DNA of 64,000 nt, taken from NCBI GenBank assembly GCA_035084275.1, contig CM068743.1:14880001-14944000 (forward strand), given 5' to 3'. Numbering within the stretch: position 1 is the stretch's first letter; every line of letters starts with the position of its first letter. The notes beneath the pieces are model-generated. The model saw only the letters and a list, made by a program, of their open reading frames with translations. It had not been told where the DNA came from and searched no databases. This DNA comes from Hydrolagus colliei. Taxonomy: Eukaryota. Shown piece after piece: positions 39,122 through 52,589 of this stretch. A program made the position numbers and the translations under genes.

Positions 39122-39426
39122 AATAAAATCCAAAATGGTAAGTATCACCGTATGTGCGATGCTTTACAAAGCTTCCTCCTGAAAATCACTGGGGTTCAAA
39201 AGTTTGTTGAATTATTCCTATGTTAAAATTAATGTCTAACATTGGAGCAATGAAAGTAATACACATATATGTACAATAATTTCCACATTGTAAGTTATCA
39301 CTAGATCTCAGAACAATTCTCTCACCATTCACTTTTTAGTTTCCCCCAAAGTAACATCTAAAGGAGAATAGATGATTACTTCAAACACGTGTGAAAGTAA
39401 ACATTTTTGTACCATACAATAATAAA
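39122..39426 (+). terminator. Candidate slc6a19 polyadenylation signals
   Basis: AATAAA at 39122 and 39421 downstream of the stop codon; which one is used is unknown. Confidence 0.3.
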
Positions 39427-39459
39427 TTATAAGAAGACATTATGCTAAATTTGATGAAA

Positions 39460-39850
39460 ATCGTAACAAGAGGCCATTCAACCTATTGAGCCTGTTCCAG
39501 CATTTTATTAGATCCAAATTCTCTGTGATTTCTCCATAATCTTTAATACTCCTATTTCCCACAAGTGTATCTACTGTATCATCCTTTTAAACATCCTGAC
39601 CCATTTTCTTCTAGGGCTTTGCAATCCAAATTCCTACAACCTTCTGTGTTATGCATGCTTTCTAATTTCATTTTTAACTGTCCTAGGTCTAATGTTTAAC
39701 ATCTCAATCAAATCATTCTTTAACCATCTCAACTTTGGGGAATGTAGTCCAGCCTTTCATCATAACTAAGACCCTTTCATCCCATGTATTATTACTGGAT
39801 AACCTCCAAGGTCAGTGAATCTTTCCTAAGGATGGGTGCCCAATCATATT
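39460..39850 (-). mobile_element. Old CR1 3' fragment
   Basis: gaggccattcaacctattgagcctgttcc tail motif and decayed ORF2 end. Confidence 0.55.
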
Positions 39851-40866
39851 AATGCTGCTTGGAAAGCTTCAGGGTACAATAATAAAGAATAGACAAAATA
39901 AGAAATCATGCACAGTAAGGGAAGTAGTTATATCAAAATTGCTGCTCTTTCACACCTCTGATACAGCTCGTAGTTGTTTCAACAGCTGCAACTGAGCACT
40001 TTTTCCTCTGCTTGTTCCTTTAAAACACCAGTAGCTACTATTCATCGCCATAGCTAATGATTTGTAAATGTGACTATGATCTTTCCTGGCCGATACATTT
40101 AAATATAGACACCACTTAAACAAGTTCAGAGGTTTTGACTATTTGAACTTCAGGGGTGCTTCCAGAATTAAAGTCTAATCAGAACAGTCATTGGTATTGT
40201 ATCTCCACCACCTCCTTTTCTGAATAATGGAAAATCTACCCTGGTACACAGTTCAATAACCTGCAACAAATCATTGTTTTCACTTTTTAATTCAAAGTTT
40301 AATGATTTACACAGAGGCACTAAACATCCTGTTTATGTCTGGCACCTGAGCTATGAAGTTAGCAAACTCTGCGTATGAATTTTGGTCTTTACCCACAGGA
40401 TCAACAAAAAGAGTAGCATCTTCAATGTCTCCACCTCAGAGAGGAGAAGTACACAGTCTCCTTGGGTTTCAAATGACTGAGGAAACATTCCTGTTAAAAG
40501 CACAACAGATGTCAATCTAAAGCACTGTTAATGGTTGATCAATGTGTTTGCCCCATGAATAACATTCAGAGGTATAGATGTGTCCTAAATCTTGTGATCC
40601 AAAATTCTAATGGGTAATAGTGCAAGTTATACTACCAACACATCTCAGTGCATTGTGGGGTTAGCAATAGCATTATAGGAGAATTGTTTTTCTGATGCTA
40701 TTCATTCTTCCTCTGCTACAAAAACAGCAATATAATGTAGGGATATGAAGGAATTCTTTTTTAAAAAGGGAAGGAGGCTAAACTGAGCTCTGTAATTGCT
40801 TCATTCCTTACACTTGTTAGAACAAAGCATGGATTAGGAAGTGATGTACTGTATTATGGTGTAAAT

Positions 40867-41134
40867 CAAGGTGGTCCAAATGACGGCCCACAGGTCACAT
40901 CTGACCCGGAGGATGGTTTCGTTCCGACTACAAACTATTCTCAACTTCATTGTCCACCGAGCAAATACAGATGACAAGCAGGCCACAAGCTAATCAGGAG
41001 ACACTCACCGGGAGCTCAGGCTCTGCTGAGAACGTGACTGGCCAAACAATAAAATATTGCTGATGCAGGCCACAGACATTTCTCAAATTCAGCGTCGGCC
41101 CAGCCCTCAGCAGCCAAAAGGTTAGACCATCCTG
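40867..41134. mobile_element. hAT-type MITE in the intergenic region
   Basis: Termini CAAGGTGGTCCAA and TTAGACCATCCTG; ggcccaca/gacccg subterminal motifs; decayed 8-bp TSD gtgtaaat/gtgcaaca. Confidence 0.6.
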
Positions 41135-42369
41135 GTGCAACAATATACAAAGTATATTTCGAAGGACATTGGTGTCTTGTGAAGATTCAGACCTTTCAGG
41201 GGTTATAATGAAGTATAAATTTCTGCCTTAATTATTGAGGGTGTCAAGAATGAGATATTTATTTCCTGAACTTTTGAGAATTGTCATAAACAAAACATTA
41301 TCCGGTTGCAAAATAAAATATTTTACAGGACTGTGTCCATGTGTTTTGAAGTCGATTTTCATTCACCTCAATTTCCACCCCCACTCCCCCACCCCTGACA
41401 CACCCTCCACTGTTTCCTTTCCACAATCAGAGTGAATTCTTCAAATAGGTTTATTGATCACAGATGTAGCACTTTAAATATGAGAATTCCAAAGTTTGCA
41501 CAAGTAATAATAATCGTTACATTTGGTATTACGTACAGAGCACTTGCCTCACAAGCGAGAGGACCTGGGTTTGATTCCCAGCAGGGCGAAATGTTGGGTA
41601 ACTTTCCTTACTCCAAATGCCTCTGTTCACCTACCAGTAAGTAGGAACCTGAATGTATCTTGCAGACGTGATAAGGTATTATATCAAATGCAAGAATGAT
41701 TATTATTATTGCATTCTTAAGCATGGTGATGAGTTTCCACTTGTGTCATGTTGATCAACCACTAGGCTGATCAAAAACCAAAGTAATATTTTATGGTATA
41801 CCTATGTGAGTATGGTGCACCTATGGTGTACCTCAGGGGCATCCTTCCAACGTAAAAGGTGCTCTATCAATGTAATTTTGTTGTTGTTATTGTTGTGAGA
41901 GATGAAGTTAGACTCAGTATAATATAAATGGAGAATTAACCATTCAGCCGTAGAATAAAACTATGTCAGATTCTTGCAGTTACATATCAGGAGTAGGTTT
42001 TTTCCTTGCAAAATCCACAGTCTAACACATGAGCACAAATTGGAGCAAAACAACAACAACAAAATTACACTTGTAAAGTGCCTTTCACGTCAGGAGGACA
42101 TCCCAAGTAATTAATTTTAAAAAGTACAATAGTGTACATCTGGAATGTCTTAGATGCACAAGACATAAGTATCAATGCCTCCACCTAAATCTAGATTTGA
42201 TATTGTGCCTTTTACAATAGCAGGATGCTTCAAAGTGGTTCATAGAGTGTGCAGTAAAGTTTAGAGACTGTATTTTGTAAAAAAAAATGCAACAGGCTAT
42301 TTATACACATGTCCCAAAACTCCCACAAAGTGAATGACCAATACAGTCCAAGTGAGGAAACTGAAGCTC

Positions 42370-42525
42370 ACTAAATGTTAACAATTAACATATTTCCAAT
42401 AGTATTTGATAGCCTTGTTATTTATCTACACTTATTCTCTTACTTTCCAAATGTCTTGAGCAAATGGCATTGTTCCTTTGCAGTCTGGCTCCACCCCGCT
42501 CCCCTACATCGGAATATAAACCGTG
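42370..42525 (+). promoter_or_regulatory. Putative slc6a18 proximal promoter
   Basis: HNF1 site GTTAACAATTAAC at 42377-42389 (1 mismatch to GTTAATNATTAAC); GC-box-like CCACCCCGCTCCC at 42491; TATAAA at 42515-42520. Confidence 0.6.
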
Positions 42526-42631
42526 TTCTTCCTGTTACACCACTGGAACTAACTCCATTGTTAAAGAATACCACATTATTTAAAAATACGAGCTCAGATA
42601 TAAACACAGCCAGTTTCCTTCTTTAGTTGCA

Positions 42632-42803
42632 ATGGCATTAGAAAAGGCAAGTTTTTCAGTTGTAAGAAATGCTGGTGAGGAACAAAAAGAGGACCGACCT
42701 AAATGGGACAATAAATTTCAGTATCTTTTGACCTGTGCTGGATTTGCAGTGGGGCTGGGAAACATTTGGAGATTCCCTTACCTCTGTCAGACCTATGGAG
42801 GTG
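42632..42803 (+). CDS. slc6a18: SLC6A18 (B0AT3) coding exon 1, 172 nt
   Basis: [36 protein letters not shown]; FAVGLGNIW and QTYGG are SLC6A18-type; tandem position after slc6a19; gtgagt donor. Confidence 0.88.
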
Positions 42804-43169
42804 GTGAGTACAACAGCAAGAAGGGATTGAAGAGTAACATCTATCCTAGAGTTTCTTCTAATGGCTTGTCTCTTCTAATGGCTTCTCTGTCTCTGCGTAG
42901 TCATGTGTGGCATTCCTCTAGGCTATATTCTCATTCTCTCTTTTTCAGTATCTATGCCCTCCTGCTTTGCTCCTGCCAGTGCCTACTCACCTCAGATGCT
43001 GACAGTGTCAACCTACATGAATGCACGCTTCGCTTCGTGGAGCCAATGTAGAACCTTTGCCCACAAATATATACAGTCAATTCACTTTACAGTATATTCT
43101 GTGAAGCGCTTTGGGACATTGATAAGATGTGGAAAGCACTATATCAAATGCAAGGATTATTATTATTAT

Positions 43170-44025
43170 AACCTTGGAATCTTGTTTGACTCCAAATGTC
43201 CATTCAACACCTCTGAACAACTCTGTTCAGCTTTTCTCCCACCTCTGAAATAATCCCACCTGTCACCGTCTCTTCCTCAGACTGCCAAGAATTTTCTGCA
43301 TGCATTTGTAATGTCTATGTTCGTCTTCGCCAATGCCCCTGCTTACCAAACTCCCTAGCGCTTCCTTACACAAGTTGCACACTATCCAGAACATTACACC
43401 TTATGTAATCCACTCACTGGAACTCCATCCCAGGGTACCTTTGACATATTCCTTCATTCCCCTTGTTCAAGATCTGTCTCAAGACCTACTTCTTTGACCG
43501 TGCTTTCAGTCATATTTTCACTCCCCCACCCTCCTCATCTCCCAGCTGCAACTCAGGTTCCATGCCATTGATAGATGATGAGCGCTATATAAATGTAAAT
43601 TTGAGTGTTGTTTGTTGATTTACATGGGTGATAACAACAACAACTTGCATTTACAAAGCACCCTTCATTTGGGGTAGGGTCCCAGAGTGTTTGACAGTGG
43701 TGGGGTCTGACGATGAGCCAGGGGGTGCGGGAGAGGGTGGTGACCGTAATCACAATCAAAAAGGAAGCTCTTTAGGTGGGATTTCAAGGTGGGGGATGGA
43801 GGAGGGGCTAGGCGGAGGGATGGAGGGAAAGTGTTCCAGAGTTTCAGGGTGTAGTGGTGAAGGTACAGCCACCAATGGCGGAGTGGACGGTCAAACAGAA
43901 GGCTGGAGCCAGCCAAGTGGAGGCACAGGGTGATGGAGTGGGGGATAAACAGGGCAGATAGGTAGGGAGCTGCGAGTACATGAAGTGATTTGAAAAGAAG
44001 TCACAGGATCTTGCAATCAATCATG
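43170..44025. mobile_element. Two old L2 3' fragments, tail-to-tail (+43170-43620, -43632-44025)
   Basis: Opposed L2 tails at 43580-43620 and 43632-43700. Confidence 0.7.
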
Positions 44026-44674
44026 TGCCACTATTCAAAAAGAGATGGATGTTTCTCCTTGTGTGCTGACAAATAAAATTGGTCACTCACTTCATTGCTG
44101 GACACAAAATTGGCTGATGCATTTGCCCACAAATTACACAGTCACTACATTGTACAAAGCTGTGAAATACTTTGAGACATCCTTCTGATATGAAAGACAC
44201 TATATCAAAGTTAAGGACCGCTTTTATTATTATTATTATTATAAATATTAACTCAGGAAGTCAAATCACACATGTTCAAATCTATCTGGAAGATCTCCAT
44301 GTTCACAGAGAACACTGTAGTCATACAACAAACAATCGTACACCATTTTAACTCAAACATCATCCTGTGCAGGATAAATAATCCTTGCATTTACAAATGG
44401 GAGACGGAAAGCAGAGGGTAGCAGGGAATGGTTATTTTTTGAACTGGAGAGAAGTATACAGTGGTGTTCCCCAGGGGTCGATATTAGGTCCACTGCATTT
44501 TTTGATATATGTGAATGACTTGGACTTGGATATCGAGAGCAACATTTAAAAGTTTGCAGATGACACAAAACTTGAGAATGTGGTAAGCAGTGAAGAGGGT
44601 GGTATTAGACGGCAGGAGATTAGAGACAGACTGGCAAATTGGGCAGATACATGGCAGGTGAGGTTTAATGCAGA

Positions 44675-45980
44675 TAATAAAGGACAGTCAACATGGATTT
44701 GTTAAAGGCAAATCTTGCCTTACAAATCCGATAGAATGTTTTGATGAGGCAACGGAATGGGTGGATAATGGTAGCGCAGTTGATGTAGTTTACATGGACT
44801 TTCAAAAGGCATTTGACAAAGTGCCACATGAGAGACTTATTAGGAAATTAAAGGCCCATGGCGTAAAAGGGACAGTGGCAGCGTGGATCCACAACTGGCT
44901 GCGAGACAGAAAACAGAGAGTTGTAGTGAGCGGCTGTTTTTCAGACTGGAGGGAAGTGAGCAGTGGTGTGCCACAGGGATCAGTTTTGGGACCATTGCTG
45001 TTTGTAATCTACATCAATGATCTGGACTTGGGTGTATGGAGTACAGTTTCCAAGTTTGCAGATGACACTAAGTTAGGGAGAATAGTAAATAGTGAGGAGG
45101 ATAGCAGCCATCTGCAAGAGGATATAGACAAATTGGTAAAGTGGGCAGACACATGGCAGATGAAGTTTAATGCAGAGAAGTGTGAGGTGATGCATTTTGG
45201 GAGAAGAAATGAAGGGAGGCAATATAGGCTAGATAGTACAATTTTAAATGGTGTGAAGGAACAGAGAGACCTGGGGATTTGTGTTAGTGACTCGTTGAAG
45301 GTGGCAGAACAGGTAGACAAGGCTGTTAAGAAGGCATATGGGATACTAGGCTTTATAAATAGGGGTATAGAGTACAAAAGTCAGGAAGTGCTGACTAACC
45401 TCTATAAGACTTTGGTGAGGCCTCAGCTGGAATACTGTGTTCAATTCTGGTCACCACACTACAGAAAGGATGTGAAGACATTGGAAAGGGTACAAAGAAG
45501 ATTTAGTAGGATGGTGCCAGGATTGAGGGACTTCAGCTATGAGAAGAGGCTAGATAGGCTAGGGTTATTCTCTCTGGAGCAGCGAAGATTGAGGGGAGAC
45601 CTAATAGAGGTTTATAAGATCATGAGGGGTTTCGACAGGGCAAATAGAGAAAAACTATTTCCACTCGTGGGCGAATCTGTGACTCGTGGTCACAGATTTA
45701 AAATAGTTTCAAGGCGAAGTAGAGGAGAGCTGAGGAGAAATTTTTTCACTCAGCGAGTTGTTCGAATCTGGAATGCATTGCCTGAAAAGGTGGTGGAGGC
45801 TGATTCGATAACAACTTTTAAAAGGGAATTAGATCTTTATTTAGGGAGAACAGGTCTATTAGGCTATGGGGAGCGGGCAGTGCAGTGGGATTGAATCGCT
45901 CTTTTCAAAGAGCCGGCACAGACTAGATGGGCCGAATGGCCTTCTTTTGTGCCGTAAAATTCTATGAATCTATGAATCTA
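44675..45980 (+). mobile_element. Young CR1 LINE 3' fragment, same family as 4676-7013, nested in an older CR1
   Basis: About 97-98% identical by eye to 5704-7010; open RT frame; CR1 tail. Confidence 0.96.
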
Positions 45981-46057
45981 AAAGTGCGAGGAGATGCATT
46001 TTGGGAGGAAGAATGAGGAGAGGCAATATACACTAAATGGCACAGTTTTATTGGGGG

Positions 46058-46575
46058 TGCCGAATCCAGGATGCAGTCGCTATAGCTAGGATTAAACAAA
46101 CACTCAAAAACAGAGTTAGCTCAGAAATATAGTTGATTCAATACTTGCAGCAAGGAGAGGGAAAGTATGTCTCTCAAGACAGTCAGTACTCTACCTCTCC
46201 CGATGGGGCGGTCCCATGGGTTAATATACAAAATCAATCTCAGATTACATTATGCTCAACTCATGTTCAGACGTACATAACAATGTTTGGTAGACAGTCA
46301 CCCAGTAAACAATCAATCATTGCAAACCTGTTTGATTAGGTGTTCTGAGCCAGTACCAGGCAGTCCAAGGATGTTGACTGGTTCTGTTAGATAAGTGCAC
46401 ATTCCTAAATCCAAGATGTGCTTTCTCAGGCCATACCAGACATTCTGATTGGCACCAGTAGATAAGCGACCGGCTAATCACTACAAGCTTGTTTATACGG
46501 TAACAGACAGTACTGGTTCTGCTAGATAATTCTAATGAAATACTATTTTTAATATAATTAAAGTACCATTCCACA
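46058..46575 (-). mobile_element. Solo LTR (518 bp)
   Basis: TG...CA termini; 4-bp TSD gggg/gagg; removing it restores the host CR1 frame; strand tentative. Confidence 0.7.
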
Positions 46576-47777
46576 GAGGTACAGGAGCCGAGTTCACATA
46601 CACAGGTCTTTGAAGGTAGCAGGACAGGTTGATAGACCTGTTAAGAAAGCTAATGGGATCCCTAGTTATCTAAATAGAGGCATAGAGTACAAAGCGAGGA
46701 AGTTCCGCTAAACCTTCATAAGTCACTGATTATGTTTCAGCTGGAATAATGTGTCCAATTATAGGCACCACAATTTAAGAAGTACTGTATATCAAGTGAT
46801 TAGAGCAGGAGCAGATGAGATTCACTAGAATGGTACCAGGGATTAGGGACTTTAGTTATGCGAAGAGACTAGAAAAGCCTTAGAGCAGAGAAGATTAAAG
46901 GGATATTTAATAGATGTGTTCAAAATTATGAGCAGTTTTAATAAAATAGATTGGGAGAAACTATCTCCACTGATGAGTGGGTCAGTAGGCACACACATTT
47001 AAGATAGTTGGCAAAAGAACCAGAAGGTTGGCCAAAAAACACAGAGAGTTATTTTGCGCTAAAAGGGCGGTGGAAACAAATTCAATAAGAACTTTCAAAA
47101 GGGTATTTGGAAAAAAAATTGCAAGGTTATGGGGAAACAGCAGAGATATCAGACTAATTGTGTAACTCTTCAAAAGAGCCCCTATAGTCACAATGGGTTG
47201 AAAAGCCTCCTTCTGTGTTGTAACATTCTATGATTTTATGAATGCCTGCCAGCTTCATCACAGGATCACAGTTGAGCTGCTTTTTTAAATGAATCCAGTG
47301 TCCAGGCCTCAACCACCCTTCCTGGTAATCCTGTTTCGGTTATTTATTAGGATAGTGATGAAGAAAATCTTCCTGGAATCTGTCCTTAGATTGCCCTTTG
47401 TAATCCCACCTCCATTTTGACCAGAGCTGTATGCAGCACTCTATCAAGTGCTCTGACTAGAACCAGGACAAGAAGAGAAACACAGAGCCAAACTTTCCAG
47501 TAATAAAAGTTTTCGGAAGAAATTTCCTACACAAAAAAAATTGTTTTACCTTTTGGGTGTGCAGTCGTTTATGGCATTTGAGAGTTAGCATTTGATAGTC
47601 AACACTTAAGAAATTATTGTTATCAGTTTATACCTTTCAATGCTGTCTGCAAATCACTTCCTTGATTTTTTTTTGACTCAGAGCAATTTAGTCCATCTAA
47701 TCAATGTTGTCTGAAACTGGTGAATCATGATTGTAGGAGAAAAATTCATAATTAATTTCTGTAATCCATTACCACTT

Positions 47778-49885
47778 AACAACAACAAAACAACAACAAC
47801 AAAATTATATTTACAGAACGCCTTTCCCGTCGGGAGGACGTCCCAGGGCACTGAATAGTCAGGTCGAGTCCCGAGCAAGGGGGAGAGGCAGGGGAGGTGG
47901 GAGGGGAAGGAGAGAGTTGGGAGGGTGGCAGAAGGTACGATCGAAGAGGAGGGTCTTCAAACTGGCCTTAAAGTGAGTACGAGGATCATGATCCTCTGGG
48001 GGATGGGGGGCCAATAAAGCCGATCGAGGGTGGGAATGATGTGGTCGCGGAATTTGGTGTGAGCGAGGACACAAGCTTCAGAGTTCTGGATGTGAAGCTT
48101 GTGAAGGGAAGTATGGGAAGGCCGACGAGGAGGGAGTTACCATAGTCGAGCCTTGATGTGATGGATGCATGGATAAGGGTTTTGGCAGCCTGAGGGCTGA
48201 GGCAATGATGGAATCTGGCAATATTACGGAGGTGGTAGTAGACAATGCTGGTCATGGTGTGGATATGGGGGAGGAAGGACAGTTCATGGTCAAACAAGAC
48301 ACCCAGGTTCCTGACTGGCTTCAAGAGATGGAGAGTGCAGCCTTAGATGCCGATGCTGCCAGCGCCTGAGGTGCAGAGGCATTGATGCGAGCCAATCAGG
48401 AGGGACTCAGTTTTGCGGACTTTCAACTGGAGAAAGTTATCCCTCATCGAGGACTCGATGTCAGACAGGCAGGCAGTCAGGACGCCGGTACTCCTGGAGT
48501 TGAGGGTGTAAGCGGAGCACAACAACAAAATAACATTTATATGCCGCCTTTCACATTGGGAGGACATCCCAAGATGCTGGACAATCAATGTTTCAGCCCC
48601 AAGCTGGGGTCAGGATCAGGGAGAGGGTAGAGAAAGGAGGGGATTTAGTGTGACCGATGGGACCGTTGAAGAGGAGGATATTGAGGCGGGACTCGAAGAA
48701 GCATAAGGATGGGGTGAAGCAAAGGGACTGTAAAATGGAATTCTAGAGATTAGGGGCAAAGTGGCTGAAGGCTTACACACTGATAGTGGGGGTGGGGGTG
48801 GGGATGGGGGTGGAGTGGGGGAGGAGGGTCAGGAGATATGAAGCAAGCCACAGCTCGCTGAGGGGAGGGAGCGGGCAGGTTGGTAATGGGTTAGAAGTTC
48901 ATAGAGGTGGGATCGGGCAAGGCTATGGAGGGCTTTGAAGGTGAGGACCAGGATCTGAATTGAATCTTCTGGGTGATGAGGAGCCAATAGAGTCGGGCGA
49001 GAATGGGTAAGATGGGATCATGGAGCTTGGAGTGGTAGAATACATTAGCCGCAGGGTTCTGGATGATCTGTTGCCTATGGAGGGAAGAGTTAGTAAGGCC
49101 GACCAGTAGGGCTTTGGCGCAGTCGATCCTTGAGGTAACAAATGCATACATGACAGTTTCGGTGGCCTGAAGAATGAGGCAGTTGCATAGTCGAGTGATA
49201 TTACAGAGGTGGTGGTAAGCTAGTGCTGGTCGTATGCAATGTGCGGGAGGAAGGACAGTTCAGGATCAAACAAGACACCCAGGTTCCTGACTGGCTTGGT
49301 GAAACGGAGTATGCTGATGCTGCCAGTGCCTGAGGTGCAAGCCAATCAGGAGGGACTAGGTCTTGCTGATATTCAGCTGTAGAAAGTCAAAAAGTTAACT
49401 TTCATCCAGGACTTGATGGCTGACAGATTGCCAGCTATCCTGGAGTCAAGGGTAGAGACAAAGACAAAAATTGGGGGACATCTGCATACATGCGGAAATT
49501 GACCCCATGTCTGGAGATGATGTCACCAAGGGGGAAGCATGTAAAGTTTGAAAAGAAAGGACAGAGCCCTGAGGAATACCACACAAAACAGTACGGAGGC
49601 TAGAAGAGAAACAAATTGGAGACAGTGTGAGATATAAGACCTGAACCAATCAAGGACAGCAACTTGAGGGTTGAGGTGAGAGGAGAGAGGGTGGAGGAGG
49701 ATTGAGTAGTTCACAGTGTCTAGCATCTCCTCACAGTCAGAATTTGAGGAGAGCATAGGCGAGGCATTGGGAGATAGATGTGCAGCCTTAGATGCCGATG
49801 CTGCCAGAGCCTGAGGTGTAGAGGCATTGGTTGGTGTTGGAGAATAGGAGCCTGGGGTTAGCCTTTGCCTCCAAGATCATCTAAA
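47778..49885 (-). mobile_element. Cluster of two or three L2 fragments
   Basis: Tails at 47780 and 48520; RNLGVLFD...[10 protein letters not shown] and GIPQGSVL motifs. Confidence 0.88.
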
Positions 49886-50247
49886 TACAACAACAAAATT
49901 ATATTTTTTAAGTGCCTTTCATGTCAGGAGGACATTCCAAGGCGCTGACAAATATGGATGTGGGGGGGAAAAGAAAAACTATAATTATCATCTCACAATC
50001 CATAGGCATGTATAATGTTAGATTTCATGGAAGGTATCAGTTGGTACCTCTTGCCTTTGAGTCAGTAACTTGTTGGTTCAGACCCTCTGTCTGGACTTTG
50101 ATCTCACAGTCTAAGCTGACACTCTCAAATAGTTTTCAAGAGTAGAAACTCAAAGAAAATTGAAGATATTGTAAGTGAAATTTTAAAAGCCAATACGATC
50201 ATGAACCCTGATCTGACTTGAACCCTCCATGTCAATCCTTCAACACT

Positions 50248-50485
50248 GAACAACAACAACAACAAAATCACATTTGTATAGCGCCTTTCACATCAGGAGA
50301 ACATCCCAAGGTGCTGGACAGTTATTGATTCAGACCCGAGCTGAGGACCGGGGTGGGGGGATGGAATCGCCGATGGGTCCATCGAAGAGGACATTCTTGA
50401 GGCGAGACTTGAAGGATGCTAGGGAGGAGGCAGAGGGACTTCAGGATGGAGTTCCAGAGGTTGGGGACAGAGTGGCTGAAGGCTG
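50248..50485 (-). mobile_element. L2 3' fragment
   Basis: (AAC)n tail and stem-loop. Confidence 0.8.
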
Positions 50486-51342
50486 AACTAACTTTACTGA
50501 AGTTTTCAAGCATTCAGGATAATACTTCCAATCGATACTTCTCTAATTAGTTAGGGTCAACATTTCAGTGACTACTTCTCTGATTCCACATTCCTGACAC
50601 CTCCACATTCTGGGCGTAATTCCCATGGACTCTGAGCGATTAACTTTGTGCAAGGAAGCTTTAATGATTTACCCATTATGTAACAAGTCTATGTATGTAT
50701 GTATGTACAGTGCAGTGTATTTCCACCCAACAAGTGTTAGTTAATGTTAGCATTTTGGAATAACTGGCTCTGTGGAATCTTCTAAAGCTGCTTGTATAAA
50801 TTGAGCTGAACTTCCAGGAGGTCTGTACATTCAGAAGAGTCACAGAAGAAAGAATAGGCAATAATAAATTGAAAAAATGCTATTTGAGGATATTACAATG
50901 ATGAATACCTGAAGAGTTTTAAGAATTATTGACATTCCTCAGTTACAAATTACAGTTGGAAGTTATCAATTAACTAATTTGTAAATGAAACCATGAGAAA
51001 TGGTATAGTAAACTCTATGAAACAGATGGATCGGACCTGTCTACTTATTAATAATAATCCCTTATTAATAATAAGAAACAATAATAAGGGATACGGTGCC
51101 ATAGAAATGAAACAGGAGCATTTATTTCCGGGAAACAATTATATATTTCAAAGGTTCAAGTTGATTGTATGGCATCTGCTGGGGAGAACATGAAAGTTAT
51201 CAGAACTCTCATTGACCCATAGAGACCTACTTTGAACATAGATAGCTTTAGAGCAGAATTTTTTCAGATAAACATGATGTACTTACATTGAGTGTAAATA
51301 GTCTGTGTGATTCAAATTCCTTACTGAAGAATTTGTAAATTA

Positions 51343-51688
51343 GTGGAGTCCTAGTGATTGGAGCACTCGTCTCACAAGCGAAAGACCCAGGTTCGATGTC
51401 CGGCAGAGTGAAACGTGGGGCACGTTTTCTTACTCCACATGCCTCTATTTACCTACCAGTAAGTAGGAACCTGGTTATTAGTTATTGACAGATCACTTTT
51501 CCAGGGGTAATAATTCCTGTTTTAAGAATTGGTCATTCAACCACTTCTGTATATGGAACACTGCAGTGTACAATTGGCTGTCGTATTTCATATAAATATA
51601 TAATTAAATCACCTTACAGTGAATTGCTCAGGGACTTGTTGTAGACTTGATGAGTGGCTATATCAAAAGCAAGGATTATTATTATTAA
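51343..51688 (+). mobile_element. Full-length SINE, same family
   Basis: gtggagtcc start, B box GGTTCGATGTCC, core and (tta)n tail. Confidence 0.85.
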
Positions 51689-52589
51689 ATAATTCAGTTA
51701 ATTGAATACACAACATAAGAGATACAATAAATGAAAGAACAACACGTTTTCAATGTTACTACTGTACAATCAATGTGCCTTTGAGCCTCGCTCTCTCTTT
51801 TACTTTCCAAACTCACTATATTCTTCTGGATATACTATTTTCTCTTTCAAATCCTTACTGAAATGTTAAATAACATTACAGCATTCATTAATCTTTGCCA
51901 TTCATTCTTGTCCTCCTTGTAGAGAGCTAAGATGGGTCTCCTTAAAGTTGAACTGGTTCTGAGGTGGTATGCTTGGCGGAGGAATGTCAAAATCAAGCCC
52001 ACCCTTTGTGGCAGTCTCGGTAGTCTTGTTTCTAAGCCTGGTGGGTCTCCAGCACTCCAGGGCATACTATATTGTGGGAACAAAAATGCTTTTGATCTGT
52101 AGTGTTGATTGAAACTTTTTAATATTGGCCAATGCCATCTTGTCCTGTTCTGACAGACTGAAACAATTTCACCTGCCATATCTCTACTCTTTGTGGGTTG
52201 TTCAAATGTCATCTGGAAGTGAAGTGATTTGAATTAGTGAAGCAATCAAAGACCTACATTCATGCGCACCAGCTTTGCATGAAAACTCAGTGATGTCGGT
52301 AAATGTATTCCTTGTGATTGCCATTGATGGAGTTCAATGGAGTTGAAAATTGATTGTAACTTTATGGTCAGATGTTGGCCTTTGAAAAAGCAAATCAATA
52401 GAAATAAGTAAATAAATGAATGCAGTGGTTGATGAGAGGGTCCAACAACAGAAAACAATAAACATTCACTTGTGCTAGATATTATAAATCCCACACACAC
52501 ATTTGGACCGAAACACGCAGGGTAGTGGTGGGGGAAGTTGTGGATTAGTTGGTATCAGGGACAATAGGAAAGTGCCTGAAGGCATGGTC

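Larger units (their letters stand above)
44398..47242 (+). mobile_element. Older CR1 LINE split into three pieces (44398-44677, 45981-46057, 46576-47242)
   Basis: Reading WQVRFNADK|CEEMHFGRKNEERQYTLNGTVLLG|VQE is continuous across both insertions; CR1 tail near 47230. Confidence 0.88.

Noticed and set aside
42804-43051. Extension of the slc6a18 exon-1 ORF (and similar extensions at other exons)
   Set aside because: Read-through into introns past canonical GT donors; homology stops at the splice sites.
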